Positions 1 through 8,904 are shown, counted from the first letter of the stretch. The stretch: DNA of 18,526 bases from a candidate division WOR-3 bacterium (GCA_965649205.1 CBFGJV010000032.1:1-18526); one strand, 5' to 3'. The notes: generated by a model from the letters alone, not told the origin. A program made the numbers and translations.

Positions 1-132
1 GTGGATGGAGTGATGGCGGCGGGATATCATCGGGTGCGGATAGGTAGTGGAGAGTTGGCAGAAGGCATCTACCTGCTGAAGTTGAGCGCGGGCAAGCACC
101 AGCTGACTCAGAAGTTTGTAGTCCAGCACTAA
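1..132 (+). CDS. 3' end of a secreted protein with a T9SS type-A (Por) C-terminal sorting-like domain (partial)
   Basis: Frame 1 reads VDGVMAAGYHRVRIGSGELAEGIYLLKLSAGKHQLTQKFVVQH*, stop TAA at 130-132. The LxxGxYxxKL...TxKxVV ending is typical of these domains. Not in the ORF track because it is 5'-truncated. Confidence 0.75.
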   Translation: MDGVMAAGYHRVRIGSGELAEGIYLLKLSAGKHQLTQKFVVQH

Positions 133-155
133 TACGCCGAAAACTGGTTGCTTGT

Positions 156-192
156 ACCTGCTGGCGGGCCCAAGGGCCCGCCAGCAGGTTTA
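156..192 (+). terminator. Strong hairpin, likely intrinsic terminator
   Basis: Perfect 16-bp inverted repeat ACCTGCTGGCGGGCCC (156-171), AA, GGGCCCGCCAGCAGGT (174-189), 23 nt after the stop. The U-tract is short. Confidence 0.75.
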
Positions 193-366
193 TGGATTGT
201 ATTGCATATCTATTTACAAGATAAGAAGTTAGCCGCGCAAAGCTTCTCTTCACTCCCGGATACGTAACTGGTGCCCTGGGGTATAAAATATTTATTTTCA
301 TAGTCTTATAAGACAGTAGAAGCCGGTTGGCGGTAAAGTGGAGCAGAGGGGGTGTTTTCATTGGGC

Positions 367-394
367 TTGACAAATCTTTGTATTCTGATATATT
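367..394 (+). promoter_or_regulatory. sigma70-like promoter for the GT2 operon
   Basis: TTGACA (367-372), 16 nt, TATATT (389-394), preceded by TGn (extended -10). Confidence 0.65.
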
Positions 395-404
395 GCAATA
401 GCTT

Positions 405-1442
405 ATGGGGTTTGGCAATGGCCCCGCGGAGACTCGGGACCAGGTTGCGGTCGGCTCGCAAATGACGGCATCCGGTGTCTCGGGTCCAGAGAAAAAGCCT
501 TTGAATGAAGGCGCTGACGCCTACCGGGAAAAGGTGGGCGTGTCAATCATTATCCCTGCTTACAATGAGGTAGCCTCTATCGGGCCTTTGTTTGCCGAGC
601 TGGCAGCCAAGTTGAGCCCTGAATATGAGGTTATACTCGTAGATGACGGTTCTACGGATGGCACTTTCGAAAGGGCGAAAGAAGAAGCAAAGCGCTATCC
701 GTTTGTTACAGTGCTTAGGCACAGTCGCAATCAGGGTAAGACAGCGGCAATTCTCACCGGTTTTTCTGCCTGTCGAGGAGAGATAATTTCGATTCTGGAT
801 GCTGACCTGCAGTTTGATCCCGAGGATGTGGTGCGTCAGGTTGCCAAAGTTCGGGAGGGATTTGACTTGGTCACAGGAGAAAAGCGGGGTAAGTATGAAA
901 AACGGTTTGTGTCTAGTATTTACAACTGGTTAGCGCGGCTGGTGTTTGGGTTGAAGGTGCGGGATATTAATGCGTTGAAGACGTTTCGGCGGGAGGTACT
1001 GGAGGAAATACACCTGCGCCGTGACTGGCACCGTTACATTGTCCCGCTGGCTGCAGCCCGAGGTTTTTCCATTGGGGAAATTCCGGTGTTATTGCGACCC
1101 AGGCAGTTTGGAGAGCCTAAGTATTCAGGCCGGGGCCGTATTCTCATAGGTCTTTTTGATCTGATAGCAGTAGGCTTTCAGTTATCCTTTATGCGGAAGC
1201 CCATGCTCTACTTTGGTATTCTGGGTACTGGCGCATTAGGGTGTGGTTTTTTGGTTGGGGTTGTTGCCGTAATTCTGCGGCTGGCAGGCCATGGGTTTAG
1301 GCCGCTTCTTTATTTGGTCATCCTACTGGTTTTGACCGGGCTGGTTCTTTTTGCTGCTGGTTTCTTGGGCGAATCGTTGGCGGCTGTGACCGACAGGCTG
1401 GAGCGGCTGGAAGCAGAAATGCGCAGAAGAAAAAGTGCATGA
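405..1442 (+). CDS. Family 2 glycosyltransferase (polyprenol-phosphate glycosyltransferase, DPM1/ArnC-like) with two C-terminal TM helices
   Basis: SIIIPAYNE, ILVDDGSTDGT, NQGK, LDADLQFDP motifs and a hydrophobic C-terminus. The start could be 405 or a downstream ATG (462). Confidence 0.9.
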   Translation: MGFGNGPAETRDQVAVGSQMTASGVSGPEKKPLNEGADAYREKVGVSIIIPAYNEVASIGPLFAELAAKLSPEYEVILVDDGSTDGTFERAKEEAKRYPFVTVLRHSRNQGKTAAILTGFSACRGEIISILDADLQFDPEDVVRQVAKVREGFDLVTGEKRGKYEKRFVSSIYNWLARLVFGLKVRDINALKTFRREVLEEIHLRRDWHRYIVPLAAARGFSIGEIPVLLRPRQFGEPKYSGRGRILIGLFDLIAVGFQLSFMRKPMLYFGILGTGALGCGFLVGVVAVILRLAGHGFRPLLYLVILLVLTGLVLFAAGFLGESLAAVTDRLERLEAEMRRRKSA

Positions 1443-2524
1443 GCGTGCCGGAAAACCATGGACAGCGTTCCAGTCCTGCAAGTTTACTTGTGCGGGGGGC
1501 GATATCGCTGGGGCTTCTGGCCATACTGTTTTTTCTCTTCCGGGACAAACTGCCGCAGGCTTGGCAGGACATCAGAGGTGTACGCGCCGGGCCGCTGTTA
1601 CTGGCTTTTCTCTGGTATCTGATATTCATTCTTGTTTCGGCTTGGCGGTGGAAGGTGTTGTTGGCGGCTGGCAGACTCTATTTTTCCACCTGGTATCTGG
1701 TACGGGTGTTTACGCTGGGACTTTTCTTCTGCAAACTGCTGCCCACTTCTATCGGCGGTGATGTGATGCGGATAGCCTACACGGCTAGGAAAGGTAAGAC
1801 GGCAGAGGCGTTCTCGGCTACTTTTCTGGATCGGCTGATAGGGTTTGTGAGCCTGAGCTTTCTGGCGGTGCTTTCCGCCCTGGGGCTGTTTGCGGTCGGG
1901 GGAATGTGGAAGGAGAATCTGGCGTTGAGGAAGACTGCGGGTGGCGAGGTGACGCTGGCGATGAGAGGTGAGGTGATGTTTGCGGTACTGTTGGGGATTC
2001 TGGTGATACTGACGGTTGTTACGCTGGCGTTGTTTTCTGACCGGGTTCATCGTCTGGCGACGTCTGTTTTCAACCGTTTGCGATTTCTGGGAGTGGGGGC
2101 ACTGCTGGATAAGGGTTACAGAGCGGTGAAAGATTTTCGTCAGCACCGCCGAGCACTGGGGGCGAGTTTCGGGCTGGGAATAGGGGTGCAGTGTGCGCTG
2201 AGTTTCTCCTGGTTTCATACTGCGCGGGCGCTGGGCGCACAGATGCCGCTGGTCTATTTCATTATTTTTGTGCCGGTGTTGAATATAGTCGTGAATGTCC
2301 CGTCCATTGGCGGGCTGGGGGTAAGAGAAGCCTCTTTTGTGGCTCTTTTTACTCAGAGCTGGTTGACCGTGGCTTTGTCTGACTCCAGAGCTTTTGCTGT
2401 GGCAATACTGTTTTTGTGTCTGGACCTGGTTTTTTCCCTGGTGGGCGGGATTATTTTCGCTCTAATGCGCCGCGAGACTGAATCGCGGACTAATACGGAG
2501 GATACAAGTGTTGCCAATACCTAG
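1439..2524 (+). CDS. Lysylphosphatidylglycerol-synthase-TM / UPF0104 flippase-like membrane protein
   Basis: Multi-TM protein with RWxxLL, LPTSIGGDVMR, DR and PSIGGLGVRE motifs. ATGA overlap with the GT2 stop. Confidence 0.85.
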   Translation: MSVPENHGQRSSPASLLVRGAISLGLLAILFFLFRDKLPQAWQDIRGVRAGPLLLAFLWYLIFILVSAWRWKVLLAAGRLYFSTWYLVRVFTLGLFFCKLLPTSIGGDVMRIAYTARKGKTAEAFSATFLDRLIGFVSLSFLAVLSALGLFAVGGMWKENLALRKTAGGEVTLAMRGEVMFAVLLGILVILTVVTLALFSDRVHRLATSVFNRLRFLGVGALLDKGYRAVKDFRQHRRALGASFGLGIGVQCALSFSWFHTARALGAQMPLVYFIIFVPVLNIVVNVPSIGGLGVREASFVALFTQSWLTVALSDSRAFAVAILFLCLDLVFSLVGGIIFALMRRETESRTNTEDTSVANT

Positions 2525-3617
2525 ACCTAATCTGGCTTTGATAAGTCCATACAAGCCGGGAAAGCCGGTAGAACAGGTGGTACGGGAGTTAGGTATCAGG
2601 GGGCCGGTGGTGAAGCTGGCTTCTAACGAAAACCCTTTGGGGCCGTCTCCCAAGGCGGTTTCTGCTCTGCGCCGGTCAATAGGCGAAAGCCACTACTATC
2701 CGGAAGATTCCTGTTATTTACTTGTGGAACGACTGGCAAAGAAATACAAGTTCAAACCCCAGTCCGTGGTCGTAGGAAATGGTTCGGTGGAGATAATCTA
2801 TCTTGCCTGTCTGGCGTACCTGGAACCAGGGGACGAACTGATAATGTCTTCCGGTTCCTTCATTATGGCGAAGATCGGTGCCCGCATAATGAATGCCCAG
2901 CTGGTGGAGATTCCAACCAAAGAGTATGTGCATGACCTAGACCGGATTCTGGAGAGCATAACCCCGAAGACCAAGATAGTATATCTGGATAATCCTATGA
3001 ATCCCCTCGGCACTATGGTTCCGAGAGACAAGTTGAACAGATTTGTGGAGAAACTGCCGGAATCAGTTCTGCTCATCGTGGACGAGGCTTACGCCGAGTA
3101 TATTACTTCCCGCAAATATCCTAACGCTATGGATTATGTGAAGGCGGGCCGCAACGTAATGGTGCTGAGGACGTTTTCAAAGGTGCACGGACTCGCCGGG
3201 TTGCGGGTGGGGTATGGTATTACCCTTCCGGAGATAGCGGAGAACATCAGCAAGGTGAGAGTGCCTTTCAACGTCAGTCGTGTCGCGCAAGCGGCGGCGG
3301 TGGCGGCGCTGGATGATGAAAGACATATGGAACGTAGTCGCCGAAACAACGAAGAGGGAAAGCAGTTTTTCTACGAGGAACTGGAGCGATTGAAGGTGTT
3401 TTATCTGCCCAGTTTTACCAACTTCGTGTTCATTAACTTTGCCGTAGATTCGCAGATAGTATTTGAGAAACTGCAGGCCTTGGGAGTGATTACGCGTACG
3501 GTGAAGGAGTACGGGTTTCCCAACGCTCTACGGGTGACGATAGGTACGCCCGCCCAGAACAGACTGTTTGTGAAAGCTCTAAGTCAGGTGCTCAAAGAGT
3601 TGCAGGAAGCTACCTGA
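2508..3617 (+). CDS. hisC: Histidinol-phosphate aminotransferase
   Basis: PYKPGKP, KLASNENPLGPSP, NPxNPxG, DEAYAEY, RTFSKxxGLAGLRVGY (PLP lysine), LRVTIG. GGAGG RBS precedes the GTG start. Confidence 0.9.
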   Translation: MLPIPRPNLALISPYKPGKPVEQVVRELGIRGPVVKLASNENPLGPSPKAVSALRRSIGESHYYPEDSCYLLVERLAKKYKFKPQSVVVGNGSVEIIYLACLAYLEPGDELIMSSGSFIMAKIGARIMNAQLVEIPTKEYVHDLDRILESITPKTKIVYLDNPMNPLGTMVPRDKLNRFVEKLPESVLLIVDEAYAEYITSRKYPNAMDYVKAGRNVMVLRTFSKVHGLAGLRVGYGITLPEIAENISKVRVPFNVSRVAQAAAVAALDDERHMERSRRNNEEGKQFFYEELERLKVFYLPSFTNFVFINFAVDSQIVFEKLQALGVITRTVKEYGFPNALRVTIGTPAQNRLFVKALSQVLKELQEAT

Positions 3618-3623
3618 GGTCTT

Positions 3624-4427
3624 TTACCCCTGGTCAAACCGGGGTCCGCTGTACCAACAGGGACGCAATCCCAAGTTGCGCACAGTAACAGTCCCACGCC
3701 GAAATCCCAACCTGGCGAGCTGCTCAAGTGGTAAGGTCGGCAGGGTTGGACAGTTCTCCACCAGCAGTACGTTTAGCGCAATACGGCGTAAGTCTGAAAG
3801 CACGAGGGCAATTTCTTCGTTAGTTGTAGAAAACCAAGAGCAGACGACAGCCAGGTCAACCGCAGCGTCGGGAAGGGGGATAGGTTTCCAAGTGCGGAGA
3901 AGAGATAGGCGTCGGATGCGTTCCAGTTCTGCCCGGCGTTCCGCGTAGCGGGCCAAAGCCACGCATGGTTCCAGCAGCCAGATACCGGCCGTGCGGGACA
4001 GTCTGGCGGCAAGAGAAATAGCACCCGTTCCGGCAATAAGGTAGCGGGTGCGGTACGGCTGGAATGTGCGTCTGACAATGTTCATATCCCAGTCGTGCCA
4101 GGGAAGCGCATCATAGAGAGGGGGAGCTTTATGCTGAAGCAGTTGCAGGGCGAAGCGGCGGACCAGCCGCTCTTGTGCCGCGGAAGCTTGCGCGGGTGAA
4201 ACGGAGGGTAGGCTGGATGTTATCAACCCCAGTGACCGGAACCGCCACTCTAAGTCCAACGCTTGGGAGAGGGCCGGCTCCAAATCCTGATCAGTCTGGA
4301 GAGAAGGTTTGATTCTTTCTACGCAAGCTGGACAGAGGAGAAGAAAATCGCGGAAGGTGAGTTGTCCCAGGCGAACCATATACTCAGCAGGTTCCATTAG
4401 CCCAGGCCAGAAGTTGGTCAGGGGCAA
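3624..4427 (-). CDS. Hypothetical protein with degenerate class I SAM-methyltransferase-like C-terminal domain
   Basis: YLIAGTG (motif I-like), WLLEP (motif II-like) and IPLPDAAVDLAV. Last gene of the minus-strand operon. Start uncertain (4427 or ATG 4397). Confidence 0.55.
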   Translation of the reverse strand: MPLTNFWPGLMEPAEYMVRLGQLTFRDFLLLCPACVERIKPSLQTDQDLEPALSQALDLEWRFRSLGLITSSLPSVSPAQASAAQERLVRRFALQLLQHKAPPLYDALPWHDWDMNIVRRTFQPYRTRYLIAGTGAISLAARLSRTAGIWLLEPCVALARYAERRAELERIRRLSLLRTWKPIPLPDAAVDLAVVCSWFSTTNEEIALVLSDLRRIALNVLLVENCPTLPTLPLEQLARLGFRRGTVTVRNLGLRPCWYSGPRFDQG

Positions 4428-4436
4428 AAATTGGCC

Positions 4437-5606
4437 TCAGGTTGATCCAGAAGACAAAAGTTCCTCGAATCGCGCCAAGGCTTTTTCTATATTCTCGACA
4501 GAATTGGCATAGGAAAAGCGCAGGAATCCGTCTCCAAACTTACCGAAGCAGGTGCCGGCAAGACAGGCTACGCCTCTTTCTTCCAGCAGCCGGCTGGCCA
4601 AGACTTCACAGTCAATACCCGTGCCTTCAATATTGGGAAACGCATAGAAGGCACCGGCGGGTCGGCGGCAGCGAACACCGGGGAGGCGATTGAGTCCTTC
4701 CACGATGACATCCCGGCGACGACGGAACTCGGCCAGCATGCGGTTTACCTCATCGCGCGGACCTTGGAGCGCATCCAAACAGGCACGCTGAACGAAGCTG
4801 GCAGTACAGGAGTTTATGTTAGTCTGGAGGCGGGCCATTTTCTCGGCCATTGCCACGGGCATGATGCCGTAACCTATCCGCCAGCCGGTCATGGCAAAGG
4901 TTTTGGAAAAACCGTCCAAGATGATGAGGTGATTCTGAATTTCCGGAAAGCGGCAGATGGAATGGAATACGCCGTCATAGACAATCTCAGAGTAGATTTC
5001 GTCCGCAAGTATCCAGCAATCATGACGGGCCGCAGTTTCGGCAATAAGGCGCAGGTCTTCTTCTGTCAGTACACCTCCTGTAGGATTCTGGGGGGAGTTG
5101 ATGATGATGAGTTTGGTCCGGCGGTTGACCAGGGAGGCCAGTTCTTCGGCGTCCAGGCGAAAGTCGTTCTCTTCGCGCAGACGGATGGGTACGGCCCGAC
5201 CGCCCATGTATTCAATCATTGATTCATAGATAGGAAAACCGGGATTGGGATATATGACTTCGTCCTTGTCTTCGACTAAAGCCATAATGGCAAAGGCCAT
5301 TATCGGTTTTGCGCCCGGGGTGACAACCACCTGTTCCGGGCTGAATCTGACGCCGCGCAGCCTTCCCGCATAGGTGGCTATAGCTTCACGGAGTTCTGGC
5401 AGTCCCGCAGCTGGGCCGTAATGGGTCCAACCTTCGTCCAGGGCTCTTTTTGCTGCCTCGATAATGTGGCGGGGAGTGTCGAAGTCGGGTTCACCAATTT
5501 CCAGATGGACCACATCCATCTGACACTCGAGGGCTTTTGCTCTGCACAGACATTCAAATGCCGTCTCGGTGCCGAGACGGCTCATTCTTTCGGCCAGACG
5601 CTTCAT
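4437..5606 (-). CDS. PLP-dependent class I/II aminotransferase (aspartate aminotransferase-like)
   Basis: GEPDFDTP, THYGPAAGLPELREAIA, NSPQNPTG, DEIY, GFSKTFAMTGWRIG, GAFYAF, LRFSYA. ATGA-coupled to tkt. Confidence 0.93.
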   Translation of the reverse strand: MKRLAERMSRLGTETAFECLCRAKALECQMDVVHLEIGEPDFDTPRHIIEAAKRALDEGWTHYGPAAGLPELREAIATYAGRLRGVRFSPEQVVVTPGAKPIMAFAIMALVEDKDEVIYPNPGFPIYESMIEYMGGRAVPIRLREENDFRLDAEELASLVNRRTKLIIINSPQNPTGGVLTEEDLRLIAETAARHDCWILADEIYSEIVYDGVFHSICRFPEIQNHLIILDGFSKTFAMTGWRIGYGIMPVAMAEKMARLQTNINSCTASFVQRACLDALQGPRDEVNRMLAEFRRRRDVIVEGLNRLPGVRCRRPAGAFYAFPNIEGTGIDCEVLASRLLEERGVACLAGTCFGKFGDGFLRFSYANSVENIEKALARFEELLSSGST

Positions 5607-7741
5607 GATTCTACCGGTCCTTCTTTTGTTTTTCTACGTGCGGGCGTCCGGGTTTTCTTTCCCGCAGCGGTTATTGGTTCAGTTGTTTTCACTCTGCGAG
5701 GGGCAGGTTTGCGAGCCGGGCGAGCCGACTGAGCCATATCGTACAGCTCCTTTGCCTTCTGGGCTATGTGTTCGCCCGATACCTCAAATTCCCACATCAA
5801 CTCCCAAGGCTGTCCTGATTCGCCGAAGCGGTCTTTTACACCGATACACCCAAAGGCAAGGGGATGGGAAAACAGTTCAGGGGTGGTATGGAGCGCGCGG
5901 GAGACCAGATTAGCCAGCCCGCCTATCTGGTGTTCTTCGGCTGTTACCACTACCCCTGTGTCCAGAGCTGCCTGTATGAGCGGAGCAGGGTCAAGCGGTT
6001 TCAAGGTGTGTACGTTCAGTACCCGTGTTTCCAGTCCGAAGTCTTCCTTTAGAATCCAGGCCGCGCGCATTGCTTCCGGGACCATCGGGCCACAGGCGAT
6101 AATTGTCAAATGCTCATTTTCGTTCTTGTATTCATCGGCCCGGAATACTTCAAAGGCATCTATGAATCTAGGTTGCTCTCCGCGGTAGCGATACACATTG
6201 GGTATGCCCCAGATATAGGGGGTATCTTCTGTAGTGACTATGGGCGTAGCTTCGCGCGCAAAACGGATGTACTTGGGCCCGTTTATCTGAAAGAGCAAAT
6301 GTTCGGTTGCCCGTCTGGTTTCCAAGGCATCACACGGTACGGATACATGCATATTGGGCAGGCCGCAGATCTGAAACAGGTCTTCCAGTGCCTGGTGGGT
6401 GGCACCGTCCGGACCAACTGATACACCGCCGTGGGCACCGGCAATAAGGACGTTGAAGTTTCCGTAGCACACAGTAGTGCGGAGCTGATCCAGGTTTCGT
6501 CCGGCCGCAAATACGCCGTAGGTGCCGAATACGGGTAATTTGCCCTCCTTGGCCAGTCCGGCAGCCAGGCAGGTCCCGGACTGTTCGGCAATTCCAACGG
6601 ATATCCAGCGGTCACAACGGGTTTCATCGCATTCAAAAAAACGGGAGATGGCAATGGAACCGGATATGTCCGCACCTATGGCAACTACCCGGGGGTCAGC
6701 TCCACATTTTTCCAGCGCCTCCCCGAAGCCGAGTCTTGTCGGTTTCATTTCCACCTTCATCTGGTTCTGTCGGTTCCAGAAATAGTCGCGGGAGAATTTA
6801 GGTATCTTGGCAGAAAGTGTTTCTGTAACTTGAGCCTGATAGGCTTCGGCCTGTTTCAGTAATCGGTCGTAGTCAATGCGAATATGCTGCCCCAATTCTT
6901 TCAGCCCTTGCACCATCTGTTCGTAATTGGGTGCCTTGCCGTGCCATCCAGCCACGTTTTCCATGAAAGACACACCCTTGCCCTTGGTAGTATTGGCAAT
7001 GATGACCGTGGGCTTCTCTTTGGTTTTGGCGGCTTTGTCGAAGGCAGCAAGAATTTGGTGCATGTTATGGCCGTCGATTTCTACGACCTGCCAGCCGAAG
7101 GCACGGTATTTGTCTGCAATCGGCTCTATGTTCTGGACATCCTTTACCCAGCCGTCTATCTGGAGACGGTTCTTATCTAGGATGCAGCATAGGTTGTCCA
7201 GCTTGTAGTTGCCGGCCTCCATTGCCGCTTCCCAGATTTGACCTTCTTGATGCTCGCCGTCACCGGTGATGCAATAGACTCGGTAGTCTTTGCGGTCCAG
7301 GTACTTGCCGGCATAGGCAATACCTACTGCCACTGACAAACCCTGTCCGAGCGAGCCGGAAGAAATTTCTACTCCCGGCAGTTTCAACCAGTGGGGGTGA
7401 CCTTGATAAGGCGAATAAAGTTTGCGCAACCGGACCATGTCTTCGACCGGGAAAAAGCCGGCCATACCCAGCCCCAGATAAAGTGCCGGGGCTTTATGGC
7501 CGGTGGACCAGATGATTCTGTCCCTGTCAGGCCAGAAGGGATTATTGGGGTCAAGCCGGGCGACATGCAGATAAAGGGCGGCGGTGATGTCCATGATGGA
7601 TAAGGTGCCACCGGCATGACCGGAACCGGCCGCACACAGTGCCACCAGGTTGTAGCCGCGCATCAGGCTGGCGGCCTGTATGAGACTGGCCGCGCTATAT
7701 TCTTTCAATATCTTTCCAGTCTGGGAATCTATTAGTGGCAT
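5603..7741 (-). CDS. tkt: Transketolase, single chain (split-type N- and C-subunits fused) with a basic C-terminal tail
   Basis: GSGHAGG, QGHP, GSLGQG, TPP motif GDGEHQEG...N, TKGKG..WHG, GIAEQ, GPDGATHQ, EEH, DRFGESG. Confidence 0.92.
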   Translation of the reverse strand: MPLIDSQTGKILKEYSAASLIQAASLMRGYNLVALCAAGSGHAGGTLSIMDITAALYLHVARLDPNNPFWPDRDRIIWSTGHKAPALYLGLGMAGFFPVEDMVRLRKLYSPYQGHPHWLKLPGVEISSGSLGQGLSVAVGIAYAGKYLDRKDYRVYCITGDGEHQEGQIWEAAMEAGNYKLDNLCCILDKNRLQIDGWVKDVQNIEPIADKYRAFGWQVVEIDGHNMHQILAAFDKAAKTKEKPTVIIANTTKGKGVSFMENVAGWHGKAPNYEQMVQGLKELGQHIRIDYDRLLKQAEAYQAQVTETLSAKIPKFSRDYFWNRQNQMKVEMKPTRLGFGEALEKCGADPRVVAIGADISGSIAISRFFECDETRCDRWISVGIAEQSGTCLAAGLAKEGKLPVFGTYGVFAAGRNLDQLRTTVCYGNFNVLIAGAHGGVSVGPDGATHQALEDLFQICGLPNMHVSVPCDALETRRATEHLLFQINGPKYIRFAREATPIVTTEDTPYIWGIPNVYRYRGEQPRFIDAFEVFRADEYKNENEHLTIIACGPMVPEAMRAAWILKEDFGLETRVLNVHTLKPLDPAPLIQAALDTGVVVTAEEHQIGGLANLVSRALHTTPELFSHPLAFGCIGVKDRFGESGQPWELMWEFEVSGEHIAQKAKELYDMAQSARPARKPAPRRVKTTEPITAAGKKTRTPARRKTKEGPVES

Positions 7742-7753
7742 CCTTCCTCCGGT

Positions 7754-8404
7754 TCAGGATTGGGGTATTTTCTGATAGTCCTCGTAGAACTTCTTGATGC
7801 CAGCAGCGGTGAGCGGATGCTCGACCATCTGCAGAAGTACTTTGTAGGGTACGGTGGCAATGTGGGCCCCAAGCCGAGCCGCTTCTACTACGTGCAGAGG
7901 ATGGCGCAGGCTGGCGGCAATCACTTCTGTGTCGAAGTCGTAGTAGTCAATCAGGTCTACTATATCCCGGATAAGGGCCATGCCGTCGTGGGAGATGTCG
8001 TCCAGCCGGCCCACGAAGGGCGAAATGAAAGCAGCCCCGGCTCGGGCCGCAAGCAGGGCCTGGTTGGGTGAGAACACAAGTGTGCAGTTAGTCATAATTT
8101 CCCGCTCCGAAAGAGCCTTTATGGCTTTGAGACCTTCTTTGCCCATGGGAATTTTTATGGTGATTTTTTCCGGGTCCAGCTTTGCCCACTCTTCTCCTTC
8201 TTTTATCATACCGGCTGCCTCAGGTGAGATCGCTTCTACCGATACTGGGCCATCAACTACCCGCAGTATGTCTTGAACGCAGTCACGGAGCGGACGCCCG
8301 GTTTTTTGCACCAGCGAAGGATTGGTAGTGCATCCGTCCAAAATACCCCAGCTGGCAATTTCCTCTATTTCTTTTATGTCGGCCGAGTCTATGAATATCT
8401 TCAC
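7754..8404 (-). CDS. tal: Transaldolase (small TalC/FSA family)
   Basis: [14 protein letters not shown], Schiff-base K in [13 protein letters not shown]. It has Glu (VSVEA) and Phe (SPFVGR), the transaldolase-type pair rather than the Gln/Tyr of FSA. AAGGAGG RBS before GTG; adjacent to tkt. Confidence 0.92.
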   Translation of the reverse strand: MKIFIDSADIKEIEEIASWGILDGCTTNPSLVQKTGRPLRDCVQDILRVVDGPVSVEAISPEAAGMIKEGEEWAKLDPEKITIKIPMGKEGLKAIKALSEREIMTNCTLVFSPNQALLAARAGAAFISPFVGRLDDISHDGMALIRDIVDLIDYYDFDTEVIAASLRHPLHVVEAARLGAHIATVPYKVLLQMVEHPLTAAGIKKFYEDYQKIPQS

Positions 8405-8506
8405 AAAACCTCCTTAGGGTGTGTAGATATGGTCTAGGGCTGAATAGTCTGGGTTAGACATTGATCGGCTGTTTGTTTGTCCGCCGAAGTAAACCTCGGC
8501 AAGGGC

Positions 8507-8534
8507 ATTATACCCTGAGGCTGACAGGACGCAA
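8507..8534 (-). promoter_or_regulatory. sigma70-like promoter for the tal-tkt operon
   Basis: Minus strand: TTGCGT (8534-8529), 16 nt, TATAAT (8512-8507). Confidence 0.6.
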
Positions 8535-8581
8535 GTCAGCGAAGTACGCTAGGGAAAGTTGCAAGAGCCAACTTGGTTCGT

Positions 8582-8609
8582 TTGACAGAAGTAGTTTTTC
8601 GGAGATACT
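8582..8609 (+). promoter_or_regulatory. sigma70-like promoter for the TM2 gene
   Basis: TTGACA (8582-8587), 16 nt, GATACT (8604-8609). Confidence 0.5.
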
Positions 8610-8644
8610 AGCGACGTAAGGACCGAAAAAGAAAGGAACCTTTG

Positions 8645-8884
8645 ATGGCAGAGGAAACGAAAACTGCGGCCACATCTGAACTGTCTCCCAAAAAGAAGAT
8701 AACGGCCCTTCTTCTCTGTATTTTTCTAGGCGGATTGGGTGTACACCGCTTCTATGTGGGGAAAGTGGGCACCGGCATTATCTGGTTGTTGACTGGTGGC
8801 TGTTTTATTGTTGGTACTATTGTGGACATTATCCGAATTGCGACCGGGTCGTTCACGGATAAGCAGGGCAGAAAGCTGTCGTAA
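8645..8884 (+). CDS. TM2 domain-containing small membrane protein
   Basis: [37 protein letters not shown]...[17 protein letters not shown] is the classic TM2 pattern. AAAGGA RBS; ATG at 8645. Confidence 0.9.
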   Translation: MAEETKTAATSELSPKKKITALLLCIFLGGLGVHRFYVGKVGTGIIWLLTGGCFIVGTIVDIIRIATGSFTDKQGRKLS

Positions 8885-8904
8885 GCTATAGAACTGAACA
8901 GATA

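Noticed and set aside
156..189. Perfect inverted repeat considered as a REP, MITE or CRISPR repeat
   Set aside because: Single copy in the window, no spacers or target duplication; its position fits a terminator.
7754..8404. Annotation as fructose-6-phosphate aldolase (fsa)
   Set aside because: The Glu/Phe signature and adjacency to tkt favour transaldolase.
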